A stretch of DNA of 63,874 nt, filler included, from Collodictyon triciliatum (GCA_043381765.1; 15 parts of 15 records of this genome joined end to end with filler, not necessarily neighbours in it), one strand, 5' to 3'; shown: positions 16,333 to 28,632, counted from the whole stretch's first letter. Numbers and translations: made by a program. The notes: generated by a model not told the origin, from the letters alone.

Positions 16333-18042
16333 ATGAACCCAACACTCCCTAATCCAATAAAAAGCTCTCTCAACAAGCCAAACAAACCCGGCTCTTCCAA
16401 GGACTCACTGGAGCGTTACTTTACACATCCCTCTGTTATGGACTATGTGGTGGAGACGATATATGAAAAGAACCTGGCGCCGGATGCCCCTGCAGTCACG
16501 CTAGTCGACTTTTCTGCTGGGGACAACAACTTTGCCGTTTTAATGCGCCGTCGGAATCCAGCACTTGCAAGCGTCAGCTTTGATGTGGTTCCACACCACG
16601 GGGTCATTACTCAGGATTGGCTTACAGTAGATGCACTCCCTCGTCCATTTTGCGTTGGGCTAAATCCCCCATTTGGTTACCAATCCGCACTTATCCGCCG
16701 TTTCATAAGGCATGCCATCGCTCTTGGCCCACCTATCCACATATATCTTATTGCACCGTCAATTTTAACCCCATCTATCCCAGGGTTCCACCTAGCCTTC
16801 AAGACTGCTCTCCCTCTTCGAGCATTTGTAGATCCCGAGGGAAACATATTTCCGTATCCAACTCAATTTTGTATCTATTCCATTGGCAGTGATATGAATT
16901 GCAACCCTGCAAATTACGCAGCAATCTGTATGGGCACACTTTCATCCGCACTTCCAGCAGAACGAGACATTCTGCCATCAGATGACCATCAAAGCTACAA
17001 CAGAGCGTCGCGTGGGAGTGCCGAGGAATTAGCAAATAGTCTTGGAGTCGAGACCGATTCATTTCTTGTTGGAAGAAGACTCCCATTCCGGGACTATCCT
17101 GCAGCACGCTTTGCCATCCGAAGAGTCGGAGTCAATTATGCGCGTCATGTTTACTTTCGTGCGTCAACTGGGGAAATTCACTATTATGATGGTAATACTG
17201 GCATGTGGGAATACAACATCTCTCAAGATTCTATAGTGCACGCCATTGACGGGGAAGGATTTCAGATTGTAAGGTTCTGTCTTACACCTCCACCTGACCA
17301 GTGGCTGCAGCAACTCGCTGTTTACATTACTAGAACTCGTCGCTCTCGAGACCAGTGGAAAATGCCTCCAAGTACAACAGAGGCACACACGCGCGTTGTA
17401 ATTCGCACTTTCCTTCGCCAGAAGGAGGCAAATCCCGATGCAAATCCAGCAGATGCAATTGATCCACGATTACTGGAAATAGCTCAAGAAGGAGAAAATC
17501 ATGTAGAAATAGCTAACATGAATCACGTACGCTCTCATCAAAAGTCCAAAGACCAGAATCACAAGTTACAGAAAAAGACTGGGATGATAGTTTCAAAAAT
17601 AGCACCGAGGTCACATCGTGGTTTCATGGATTTATCACCAAATCGAGTAGCTTATAATCCTAATTTTGTCGCGCTTCCTTTTCCCACCCCTTGTAATAGC
17701 CAGGATTATCGGATTGGCGCGGTGGGGGTTGTAAACTCAAAAGATAGAGTGCCACAATCTGACGAGGTAAATGAAAACATAAACCTTCCCAGCCTCCGTC
17801 TGGATTCTGTATCTATGGATTGCCAAAGTAGGATCATTCTTCCACCAATCAAAGAATATATTGAAAGACGATTTTGGACTGCTTCACGCCCAAACCCACA
17901 CCCGCTCTATCTTCAACATTTTCAAACATTCCACGAGAGCTTGCATTCTACCAATTTTTTGAACAGGTTTATCACCTCACATTCAACAGAGCCCAGCGGT
18001 ATTGATTCTCCACTCAAAGAAGTCACGGGGTCGAAGCTGTAG
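16333..18042 (+). CDS. Intronless SAM-dependent amino-methyltransferase (N6-adenine DNA/RNA MTase type; phage/NCLDV-like and plant EDM2-like domain) with low-complexity C-terminal tail
   Basis: 569-aa ATG-to-stop ORF. Motif X ERYFT, motif I VDFSAGDNNF, QDWLTV, catalytic motif IV GLNPPFG, then ALIRRFIRHA..YLIAP, FHLAFKTALP..F..FCIY and FAIRRVGVN. Confidence 0.8.
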   Translation: MNPTLPNPIKSSLNKPNKPGSSKDSLERYFTHPSVMDYVVETIYEKNLAPDAPAVTLVDFSAGDNNFAVLMRRRNPALASVSFDVVPHHGVITQDWLTVDALPRPFCVGLNPPFGYQSALIRRFIRHAIALGPPIHIYLIAPSILTPSIPGFHLAFKTALPLRAFVDPEGNIFPYPTQFCIYSIGSDMNCNPANYAAICMGTLSSALPAERDILPSDDHQSYNRASRGSAEELANSLGVETDSFLVGRRLPFRDYPAARFAIRRVGVNYARHVYFRASTGEIHYYDGNTGMWEYNISQDSIVHAIDGEGFQIVRFCLTPPPDQWLQQLAVYITRTRRSRDQWKMPPSTTEAHTRVVIRTFLRQKEANPDANPADAIDPRLLEIAQEGENHVEIANMNHVRSHQKSKDQNHKLQKKTGMIVSKIAPRSHRGFMDLSPNRVAYNPNFVALPFPTPCNSQDYRIGAVGVVNSKDRVPQSDEVNENINLPSLRLDSVSMDCQSRIILPPIKEYIERRFWTASRPNPHPLYLQHFQTFHESLHSTNFLNRFITSHSTEPSGIDSPLKEVTGSKL

Positions 18043-18147
18043 GAAATCAAAGTAAAGCGGATCAACAATTCGTGTAACTGGCCACACAGTATATTGATTT
18101 ATGTAGCTATGTTCTAAACATCATGCATCGAACCAACTTGTTCATGA

Positions 18148-18204
<57 letters not shown>

Positions 18205-18390
18205 ATCTTTCGCCTATGATATTGAGTATAAAAACAACTTTTCCTCTTTTTTTCTTTCAGAAAATTTTTTTAATTTCGCAATCTTCTGTAAAGCTTCTAG
18301 ACTGTTTATTTCTTTTTTTTCTAATAACAAAAAGTATAATCCAAACCACAATGACATAACCTCTAAAAAAAAAAAAAGACTTTTTTTGCT

Positions 18391-19595
18391 TCAACGTATT
18401 GGGATAATAAAATAATATATGAGCGCCAGAAGAGATTTTCGATTCATAAGCTCTTGATTGAAAGAAATAGTGTAATAGGACAAGTAGTCGGGTGGCACCA
18501 GTGCATGACGGAAACTGTGAAACTGATTTTCTTTACTGAGACGGATTTGTCTGATAATCTCTTTCTGGGTTCGTAAATAATGCATTTGAACTAAGTGGTT
18601 GAGTGGTGAATGGGTAACGAAGTCTTCGAGATGATGATGATGATGATGATGATGATGTGAGTATTCATCGTCATGACGAACAGTGCCAATACAAAGTGGC
18701 GCACATATTTGCTGGTGTTTTAGCTGTGACACAGCCGTAAATACGACAACAACCTTTAGACGAGATTCGATGGTGATAAGAGAGCCTAAGGCTCCATAGT
18801 CTGCCGCAGCATTTGGTGGGATAGTGATTTCCCCTTCAATAATAAAATTACTTTTTCCGGGCGGGACAGACTGCGGATGGTCCAGGAGAAGGACATCTTC
18901 GTGGCAGACCTCCGTTTCACCTTGTGCTTTGTAGTCGACCCTCTGTGAGAGGAAGAATCTAATGCGAGTGACTGATTGCGTAGATGAGTTGGACAAAGCC
19001 AAAGTGGGCGAGAAGGGTTCCCCACATAGCATGGCGGTGTATGTGATAGTCAGCTCGCTTGTGATTGGGTCGTTTTCCCACCAGAAACAACAAAACGATG
19101 TTGATTCATTAATAGCGACTGCTTGTTGTGTGGATGGGAGGAATCTCGACCGAACCTGCTAGACTCACTTTAGCCTTGGCTTTGGGATTCTTTTGCCACT
19201 ATACAAACACCTCTGCCTTAACAGCACAGATGACTGTTCCGTGAGATTCTTCAAAAGATGGAGGAAGCCTCTTGTTGAGTGGGATAGAGAACTCAAACGG
19301 AAGTGTGTGTTTCTCAGAAAAGTTTAGGGCCACAGATTCGAGACGGCCATCACTTCTTCAAAGAATACTATTTTCCTCTAGGATGACTGGAGATTCTTTC
19401 TGGGTTGTGCTGTTCTCAGCAGACTCACGCTTCACAGATGCCTTGGCTCAGCCTTTGAAGCAGGTCACAATGGATTGGGGCTCAAAGGCTTTCATTGAGC
19501 ACACAATCACGTTTCCTTTAATTTTGCTCGCCAAGATGACAGGGAGTCGGCTTTGAATTGAGAATCACAACTTCTACGTTCCAGGCACCCCGCAT
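18391..19595 (-). pseudogene. Disrupted intronless alpha-arrestin (arrestin N + C domains, PPxY motif)
   Basis: HTLPFEFSIPLNKRLPPSFEESHGTVICAVKAEV is the alpha-arrestin signature; LITIESRLKVVV and PPDY in the C-terminal part. In-frame TGA at 19450 and 19360 and TAG at 19201, plus frameshifts near 19525 and 19125. Confidence 0.75.
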
Positions 19596-19694
19596 GGGTG
19601 CTTATTGTAAGGATATTGATGGGGCTTTCATTTTTTGTGACCCTATTTTTCCTTTTAAATTTGCTCCTTTCTTTGTTCTCTGTAAATGGCTAAG

Positions 19695-19809
<115 letters not shown>

Positions 19810-19909
19810 NNNNNNNNNNNNNNNNNNNNNNNNNNNNNNNNNNNNNNNNNNNNTTAATTAATTAANNNNNNNNNNNNNNNNNNNNNNNNNNNNNNNNNNN
19901 NNNNNNNNN
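19810..19909. other. Artificial contig linker
   Basis: Core at 19854-19865. Confidence 0.98.
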
Positions 19910-22900
19910 AAAAGAAGTCTATTGCAGTAATCTCGCCAGGCATTTTCACTTTCTTTATTATTTTAAGTGAGTTTTCGTAAACATGCTTCGGATTTAGCAG
20001 GAAGAATGTTATCTCACCAGGTATGTTTCCACAAACAAATAAAACAGAGTCGCTTCTGTCAAGTTTGAACTTTGACTGCAGCTCAAGGTTGAATGAGATA
20101 CAATTTATTTGAGCTGCTCCTGTTTTTTCACCTGGTATTTCAAATATTTTCTCGCACGAGATGGTATCCCAAATACAAATGATACCGGATTTGTCTCCTG
20201 TTACTAGATAAGATTCATCATTCTTCTTAATCAAAGTCATAGCACTTACATTTTCATGTTTCAACTTTGCATGTGAATCACATGATTCCAACTCCCATAA
20301 TGAAACCACATCTCTCGAAGCGGTGTACAAAATAGCATTTTCATCATCTGGATTTATGTTGGCTATTCCACAAGTTACTGGATGGTTATGCTTCAGTTTC
20401 GGGAGTTGTCCGAAGTTGGTGTTCTCTAGTGTTGCATTATCAAATGTGCATCCTCTCACGTCAGCATCGATGAAAGAGACCCCACTTAAGTCTGCCCCAG
20501 AAAAATCCACGTTTTGCAGAATGGCTTGAGATAGGTCGGCCCCAGGAATATTTATTCCCTTGAAGTCCAAATCGTGGAGTGGTATTCTAGCATAGTTTAG
20601 TATTGCGATAGCTATGCTGGCTGACCGGAGTTTTCTTCCAAATTCTTTTCTCTCTTTTGATTCATGGACGATTTTTATCAGCTTTTCAACAAATTCAGGA
20701 CTCTTGAATGCATAATCTGCAATAAAAAGCTTGACCAAAAAGTCTTTATCTTTCAAATTACAGAATAAAGATGTCTTTTCGTCCATCCATACATCTTTTT
20801 CTACTTCTTCAATGGCTTTCTTGGCACCGAAAAACTCTTGGATAGAACGATGAACAAACCCATATTGCTCTTCATTTTCTGATACATTAAATTTGCGCAC
20901 AAGAGTTCCTTTTCTCAATTCTGTTAACTCGTAAGTGTCTCCGATAAATTCGTTCCATTCGCTAGGTAAGACAAGATTTTCTCTTTTCCTACTCATTACG
21001 GCAACAGTTGTATCCTTTTCAATAAGTTTTTGGGATAGGCTTATAGAATATTCCTCATAATTCTTTCTGTTGAATATTCGAGTGTCTTTCGAGCTTTTTT
21101 CCTTATTTTGGTGCCAATTGGCTATAAATTTATCATATATTTCATATCTAGATAGATTTTCATCGGATTCTGACTTTTTCTTTTCCATATACTCAGGCAG
21201 AACCCTCATAATCAATGAGAGGATGAAAGGAGATGTTGCCGATTCCCTTAGACTCGGAGAGCTCGTCACCTTGGAAACTAAGTCCTTGCTTGAAGTGGAT
21301 ATTTTTGGTTGAGATTCTAAGAATGATTCAATATATCTCTTTACTTGTTCATCACCAAAAGGTTGCAAAATCATGAATTGCAAAGGACTTATTTTTTCAT
21401 TTTCTTCTATCCCGAATATTTTCATCAAATCATGTTTCGATTGTTGTAGATTATATCGATATGTAATTATGATATGGTGTTTCTGGAGAAACTTCAAGTT
21501 TTCCTTGATGATATTTACTGTTCCAGCTTCTTTCAACTCATCATATCCATCCATGATGAAGACAGCCGAACTGGATTTCATCAGTTTTTCATACTCTGAA
21601 TTCATGTTTTTCTTTATGTATTCCTCTAACTTTTTAGGGTCGGATACCGCTGGTAAGTTAATGAAGATAGGGCGTTTTTTCTGGGAAGTGTCTGAGCGCA
21701 GTCTTTCGTATAGCTTCCTGGCAAAAGTTGACTTTCCAGCACCAGACCTACCCATTATGATCAGCGTAGCTGGATTCTCTGTCAAAAAAGCTTTGACTAT
21801 AGAGTTTGCATCAGTGCTATGGTGGTCGTTGAAGTCTTTCTTTGCTTTTAACTCAATATATACCTCATCATTTTCCAGCTCATCTTCATCCTCGTCTCCT
21901 TCATACTCATTTGAGCCCCAGTTTTGATCTGTTGATGAGTCCCGTTTGACGGATTCTTGTTGAGCTTGGTCTAATAAATCAACAGGAAGGAAATTTCCAT
22001 TCGTTTGTATATCCCATGAAATCAGTCGCTCCAAGTTTGTTCCGAGCTCTTTCTTTGCTAGGTCCATGAAAATGCTCTTTTGAACTGTATTCGTTTTACT
22101 TTGCAGGATTGTCTGTACTTTTTTTGAATGAATTTCGTTTTGTCCAAGTTTTCGGAGCTGATATATAGCATGATGCCCATAGTATGGCTTTTGTTCAACC
22201 AAAAAACTGTCACTCAACAATTTTTCGATATACTTTAATGCTGATTTGGAGCATGCTTTAATTGGAAGTTGTGCTATTCTGACGAAATCCTCCAGCACAA
22301 AGAATGAAAGGTATGACCTCTTGTCCATGGAAAATATATGTTCTGAGAATGCAACTGCATCTTCCAAACGATGGGCCAGAATAAGAGATTTGAAGAATAT
22401 GTAGTTGTCATACCAATATCCTATTCGATAATCGATCTCAACAAAACTTTTTGAATCGTTATATTCTTTTAAAATCCTGCTTTTTAATTGATTCGGTGTT
22501 GTATCAGCTGGTTGAGTTTTGGTCGATTTCAAGTAATTTGTTGAGGATGATTCAGACGAATGAAATATTCGAATAAATCCCTGGTGAGCCTTTTCAAAAA
22601 TATGAGTATATTGGTCTAGTCGACTCAATCTTGATTCAAGAAGGAAGTAGTGTAACATCTCTTTATCAGCTTCGGACACCTTTAATTTGATGTTTCTCAA
22701 GATAATAGAATCCAGAAGAAATCCGACAGAGTGAATGAGAAATTGCATTTGCTGGTCATCCATCAGTTTTTCTTCTCCTGGTTCATCTTTTCTTTCTTTC
22801 GTGTTTGCTGCGTCTTTTGGCTTATCGGTACGTTCATTTGTTTTACAGTGACTCGATTCAGGTTGGGGCTGCGATGTACCGGTGTTACTTTTTACATTCC

Positions 22901-23644
22901 CTTGGTTCTCCGTCTGTGATTGTTGATTAGGTTCTTTTGATGCATCTTCTCCATCACCCGATGACGAAGGCCTTTTTGGATGTTCGTTTGTGGCATTTGA
23001 ATACTGAATTTTTGGGTCATTGGGTGGTATCTCACCACTGTCTTCTATTTTTGCCTCAGTGGTAAACTGCATTTCACGATTTTTTTTCTCAAATGATCTT
23101 TTATATTCCTCCTTTTCATGGTCTGATTTAATCTTAATTTTGTGAAGTACTTTCTTCATGACTTTATCTATGTGTTTTTGATGAAGATGAGAATCGGAGA
23201 ACAACAAAACTTCTGCCAAGCATCTGACGTAATGAGGATGAGAGTATAGTTCATCTAAGTCAGGCCGTGTTATGATTCTCCATAATTGGGTACATACTTT
23301 AATGTCATTCGAGCGAGCGAGCAATCCAATTTCCCAAATGTGAACATTTTCTAACTTCTCCACGTTGGATGCAATTTTGATTACATGTTGAATCAATGAT
23401 TTACATTTTTTTAACTTTCCAAATCGATAGTGATGTGCCAAGTCTAGGGCGTTAGATACGTTAGAAAAGCTTAGTGATGCATCCAGCTTTCTCAAATCCT
23501 CCGGTTTAATGTTGTAGAATGGCCAATTCTTTTCAAATCCTTCATGTCCATCTTTAGTTGGCGCATGTGTGTCATTTTGCTTCTTTGGAAATGTTCCGTC
23601 TTTTGTAGATTCAGAACTAGGACCAGCTCCTGCTCCTGCTCCTA

Positions 23645-23678
<34 letters not shown>

Positions 23679-24038
23679 AACCGCATCTGCTTTTGACTGG
23701 TTTCCTATTGGAATCGCTGAACCACTCGCATCATTAGAATTTGTTATTGGTGGTTTTTTCTTCTCTTTTTCATCTTCCGTTATAACACTCGGCCTATTGA
23801 TAGAGAGACTACTACCACCACCGAATAGCCCACTTTGCAGGTAGACACGTGGGATTCTCGCCCCCACGATGCTGCCGTCCTGTTGGCATAGTTTTACCGC
23901 GCCCCAGGAAACCAAGAGCCTGTAACAGCTTTGTGACGGGGTAAGTGATGCTTTGTCCATTCCGAACATACAACCGTAGGCTTCTGCCAAAGAGTCCAAG
24001 CAAAACCCTGGCGGGGTGGTAAAATCAGCATCGACCCA
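19910..24038 (-). CDS. NLR-like STAND NTPase: helical N-terminal region, NACHT domain, pentapeptide repeats, WD40 repeats (frame open at both contig ends)
   Basis: One uninterrupted frame spans the whole contig. Walker A GRSGAGKST, Walker B VFIMDGYDE, TSPFILSL, winged-helix YGFVHRSIQEFF, AIAILN..LDFKGINIPGADLSQAILQNVDFSGADLSG pentapeptides, WD40 LVTGDKSGIICIWD. Confidence 0.9.
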
Positions 24039-24138
24039 NNNNNNNNNNNNNNNNNNNNNNNNNNNNNNNNNNNNNNNNNNNNTTAATTAATTAANNNNNN
24101 NNNNNNNNNNNNNNNNNNNNNNNNNNNNNNNNNNNNNN
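24039..24138. other. Artificial contig linker
   Basis: Core at 24083-24094. Confidence 0.98.
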
Positions 24139-24238
24139 GTTTCTTTTTTGTTTCTTTTTTGTTTCTTTTTTGTTTCTTTTTTGTTTCTTTTTTGTTTCTT
24201 TTTTGTTTCTTTTTTGTTTCTTTTTTGTTTCTTTTTTT
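24139..24238. repeat. (GTTTCTTTTTT)n 11-mer repeat at contig start
   Basis: Directly visible. Confidence 0.9.
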
Positions 24239-25392
24239 CCTGGCCAGGCCGCAGCTGTGAGGTTGATCTCCGGCTCCTCCCTCACAAGGGCCGCAGCCCG
24301 TCTCTGATTCAGGCAGTCGCCGCACAGCGCTCTTTCCGGAGAACACCCGATCACATCAGGTCGCAGCAAAAGGGTGTGGGTTGACACAGTGATTCCGCAT
24401 TTAGATAAGGTACGAAATTTTGGTATTTTGCTATCTGAGATGCCCATAAATAGGTAGAATCACGGAAGTTTCTTATTTATTTTTGGAATAAATAATAAAA
24501 TATATAATATCGCACATTTAATAATTTATACAACATAAGTGACTTATATATAATTACTTAATACATAAATAGACTACATTATTGTTAGTGTGTCCTATGC
24601 TCTGTGTGTAATATAAGATGTGTGGTATTTCCAATAGGCCTCGTAAATTGCATCCACAATGGGGAAGCTTCATCGTAAGTTGCTGTGGTCTTGTGGGCCA
24701 TGAGTATATAAATGTGCAGCCGCTCCAGTCGAGGGAATCACAACCAATAAAACATGAACATCGCTTGCAGGCCAGAGCTAGGACTACAGAGATCACGAAT
24801 CAAGCACAGAAAGCCATCCAGAAGCCGACGCCTTTCGCACAGGTACGAGAATCACATAACATAAACCCATCAACCCACGCCACGTTGTGCAACACCAAAA
24901 TGATGACCCGATGTCGCCCCAGACCGAAATCACTATCAACGATGTGATGTGGACGTGACGCTCAACAGCTCTGAAGCTCAACCCCAAACAACCCCCTCTG
25001 CCCCGCAAACAACATCGATTCCCAGCCACCCAACACGCCGCTTACATATTCTGTGACACTTTATCATCCAGGTTGTCAGCCCCCCTGCCGCTGCACATCT
25101 CGGTCCGGCCTTCTCTCCAGTCCATGAATAAAACTCTCGACAGAGCTAAAAGTATCCCGACTGTCTGGCCACTTAAAAATCCGTCAGAAATCACCACGAA
25201 GCGGAAAATATTTGCGTGATCTGCACAGACGGCGAAAAATAGGGTGCGCAGTGCAGGCGTGGCAGCGCTGTTGGCCCAGCCCAAGAAGCAGAAGGCTATG
25301 ATACTTGCAAAGGCACAGGAAGATCAGAAGGCGAAGAGGAATCAAGCTCGTGTGGGGAAAGCAGGTTCCACTAAAGAGCCCGTATTTGCAGA

Positions 25393-27651
25393 ATGCTGGG
25401 CGACTTCGAGATCGAGCGATCCATCGGGCGGGGGAAATACTCGGAGGTGTTTCGTGCGCGCCGCAAGTCGGACGGAAGATTGTTTGCCTTGAAAGTAGTG
25501 CAGGTTGGTCTTTGTGTCTGGTTTGATCTGGTTGCTTGGGGAAAGCCTTTTTTTTCTCCTCCTTTTTGTCTTTGTTCATTTTATTCACTCTTTTCCTTTT
25601 CCTTTTTCCTTTTTCCTTTTTCCTTTTCTTTGGTTTTCAACTGACGAAACTATATACCAACCGGGAGGTCAATTTATGACGGCTAAGTGATTTTGTATGC
25701 TGCAAAACCAGATCTTCGAGATGATGAATCCAAAGTTCAGAAGCGACTGCCTTCGGGAGGCTAATCTCTTGCAAGTCAGAGTTGCAGACACTACTCTTAA
25801 CTATTTTTTTTCTCCGTGTTGACTTTTCTTTGGGCTTCAAATGAGAGCATAGTTTTGATGTTATATCTTTGCTGTGTAATCACAGCGATCATGTCTTCAA
25901 ACAATTTCATCATAAGTGTCAAATAATATTTTATTTTATTTTATGTGTCGTCCATACTAATACCGTCTATTTGCTCCTTTTTGGACATCTTCAGTCGCTT
26001 AACCATGAAAATATTGTGAAATATCATGATTCATTCATCGAGTCGAACCAATTGAACATCATCCTGGAGTTGGCTGAGTACGGGGACCTCGGAGACATGA
26101 TTGACCGCGCCAAAAAGGAGAAAACCTTATTTCCAGAGCGGACGATATGGTGGGTTACAAAGTCGATGTATCTTCGTTACTCTTATATTATTCATTTTTC
26201 ATGATAGCCAAAGAAAATTAAATACTGTTGTTCTATATCATATGGGTTCTCTGAACTCATAGTTGACCCATTTGCTTTGTTTTTCTTTGTATGTGATAGA
26301 TTCCGTCACACCTTCTGATTTTTACGTCCTTTATTATTTTGTACAAAAATTATATACATTTTTGAGATGATTGTTAGTCGGTTATAGACAGGTCTTGCAT
26401 ACCCCATATTATTTTAGGATATTTATTGACTTTACAAATAATGATATAATCTTGGCGAGGCACGTCCAATGACTCACGAATCATAAAAAAAATAATTTTT
26501 ATTGGCATGAGCTTGTATATTTACCTTGAAATTGCATGTGGAATATAGGTTCTTTTTCAGACAAATTTCCGCAGCATTGTCGCATATGCATGCAAATCGT
26601 ATAATGCATAGAGGTTAGCGCCGTCCAACTTGTTACCAACTCACTACAATACCAATATTATTTTCCTTCTTGAGAAGAGACCTTGCTTATCATGAAAAAA
26701 CGCAGACATCAAGCCCAAAAATGTATTTATCGCATCCGGTTCTGGGAACGACGTGTCTTTAAAGGTTGGGGATCTTGGATTGAGTCGCTATTTCAGGTTT
26801 TGCAACCCTACAATACCAACTATATAGTGGACCATAAATCTTGGGTTTACACCAGGAGTCTTACAAGAAATGTCTTGATTTATCTACCAAAACCGAATAA
26901 AACATTGAGGCTAATACAATACTATACTTCCAAACAGTTCGCGCACAATGGAAGTGTTCTCTCTTGTCGGGACACCTGTATACATGAGCCCAGAAAGAAT
27001 ATTGGTACGTGTTCTTTAATCTTTATACCGGTACTTTTACTTCTAGTCTGAAGTCCTCCCTCTTACCTATCGCTTCAAAAGTGCCTCAGCTATGTTCAGA
27101 GTATCTACATCACAAAAATTATGACATGTAATCTGTTTTTCTTCCTTTTATTTATTGAATAGGAGGACGGATATGATTTCAAGTCCGATATTTGGGGACT
27201 AGGGTGCATTCTATATGAACTCGCTGCACTAAAACCACCCTTCTATTCAGAGAACTACAATCTGTATCTCTTGGGCAAGAAGATACAAAAATCTGACTTT
27301 GAGCCAATACAGGAAACATATTCACCTGAGGTTACTAAACATAAATTACATACACCATTTGTAGACCAATTTTTATAACATATAAAAGAAGAAAAAGAGT
27401 CGGTAATGGTATTTCCCACGAAACTAGCTTTCGTGAGTTTGTTTCAATACGAAAGAAATTAAGGAACATTCAGCTCTGAAAAAATATTTTTCGTTCTTTT
27501 TACATAATTGTAGCTATTCTTTTTTTTTTTTTTAAAAAAAAAATTACAGCTTCGTCAGTTGGTTTCCATCATGCTACAGCCAAATCCAGACAATAGACCC
27601 GACATTTTACAAGTTTACACCATTGCACTGCAAATGGCATCACACTCTTAG
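25393..27651 (+). CDS. NEK7: NIMA-related Ser/Thr kinase, NEK6/NEK7 subfamily, about 8 exons (a further 5' exon is likely)
   Basis: LGDFEIERSIGRGKYSEVFRA..ALKVVQ|IFEMMNPKFRSDCLREANLL|SLNHENIVKY..ELAEYGDL..PERTIW|..MHR|DIKPKNVF..GDLGLSRYF|S..SLVGTPVYMSPERI|..YDFKSDIWGLGCILYELAALKPPFY..NLYLLGKKI; TAG at 27649-27651. Confidence 0.92.
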
Positions 27652-28265
27652 GTTCTGCACAGGTAGAAAAAATCGTCCACAAGTGCGCTCCTTCGAATCA
27701 ATGGCATGATTTACTTTATTTGCTCATGTGATAACTGCAGATGGTGCCGCTCTAGTATAAACACGAAATAAACGCATTTACTTATGCTGTACTTTGTTCA
27801 TGTTGGAATTGCGCTTATACCTGATAACATCGCTTTAGGCTCGAATATTGCATAACGGGAATGTCTGTGGGACGTGAAAGTTCTTTCTGGCGTCTGTCAA
27901 GCTTAGTGACTATGAAAGGAGAGCATGGCATGTAGTACTTTCAAAAAAGGAAAAAAAAGAAAGCCTTGTTATCCTACCTTCGTTTGTGAATGTGAATAAA
28001 TGTAGACGACCAAAAAGTGAACGTTCTGTTTTGCACCTACATCACACCCAAGGCGGAAAAAAAAACACAAACACATACACAAACACATACACAAATACAA
28101 ACACAAACACAAACAGGAGATTTGGTACGATATTAAAATTATTGTATTTTTCGAAACCTGTTTCTTTGTTTCGGCTTGATCTGTTTTTGTGTTTGGATGT
28201 TCAGCTGGAAATATAGCCTCAGGTTTGTGCTTCGATAAAAACAAAAAAAAAAACAAAAAAAACAA

Positions 28266-28365
28266 NNNNNNNNNNNNNNNNNNNNNNNNNNNNNNNNNNN
28301 NNNNNNNNNTTAATTAATTAANNNNNNNNNNNNNNNNNNNNNNNNNNNNNNNNNNNNNNNNNNNN
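28266..28365. other. Artificial contig linker
   Basis: Core at 28310-28321. Confidence 0.98.
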
Positions 28366-28432
28366 TCTTCTTCTTCTTCTTCTTCTTCTTCTTCTTCTTC
28401 TTCTTCTTCTTCTTCTTCTTCTTCTTCTTCTT

Positions 28433-28462
<30 letters not shown>
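28366..28462. repeat. (TCT)n microsatellite at contig start
   Basis: Directly visible. Confidence 0.95.
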
Positions 28463-28463
<1 letters not shown>

Positions 28464-28632
28464 TTTACTCAAATACCGTCGAGTAAAATTTTCTGTACGA
28501 TTTGCGACATAATTGACCATATACTATAAATATGGAAAATTATATTTGTCAGTATCATTAATAAATGAGATTGGAATTAAGGGCGGGAAAAAGAAGGCAA
28601 AAGTTATTTGATTAAAAAGAACCATCACATAG

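Noticed and set aside
19199-19450. In-frame TGA/TAG in the arrestin as evidence of stop-codon reassignment or selenocysteine
   Set aside because: The same gene has frameshifts, TGA and TAG terminate other genes here (5325, 45810, 27651), and the long ORFs contain no internal stops.
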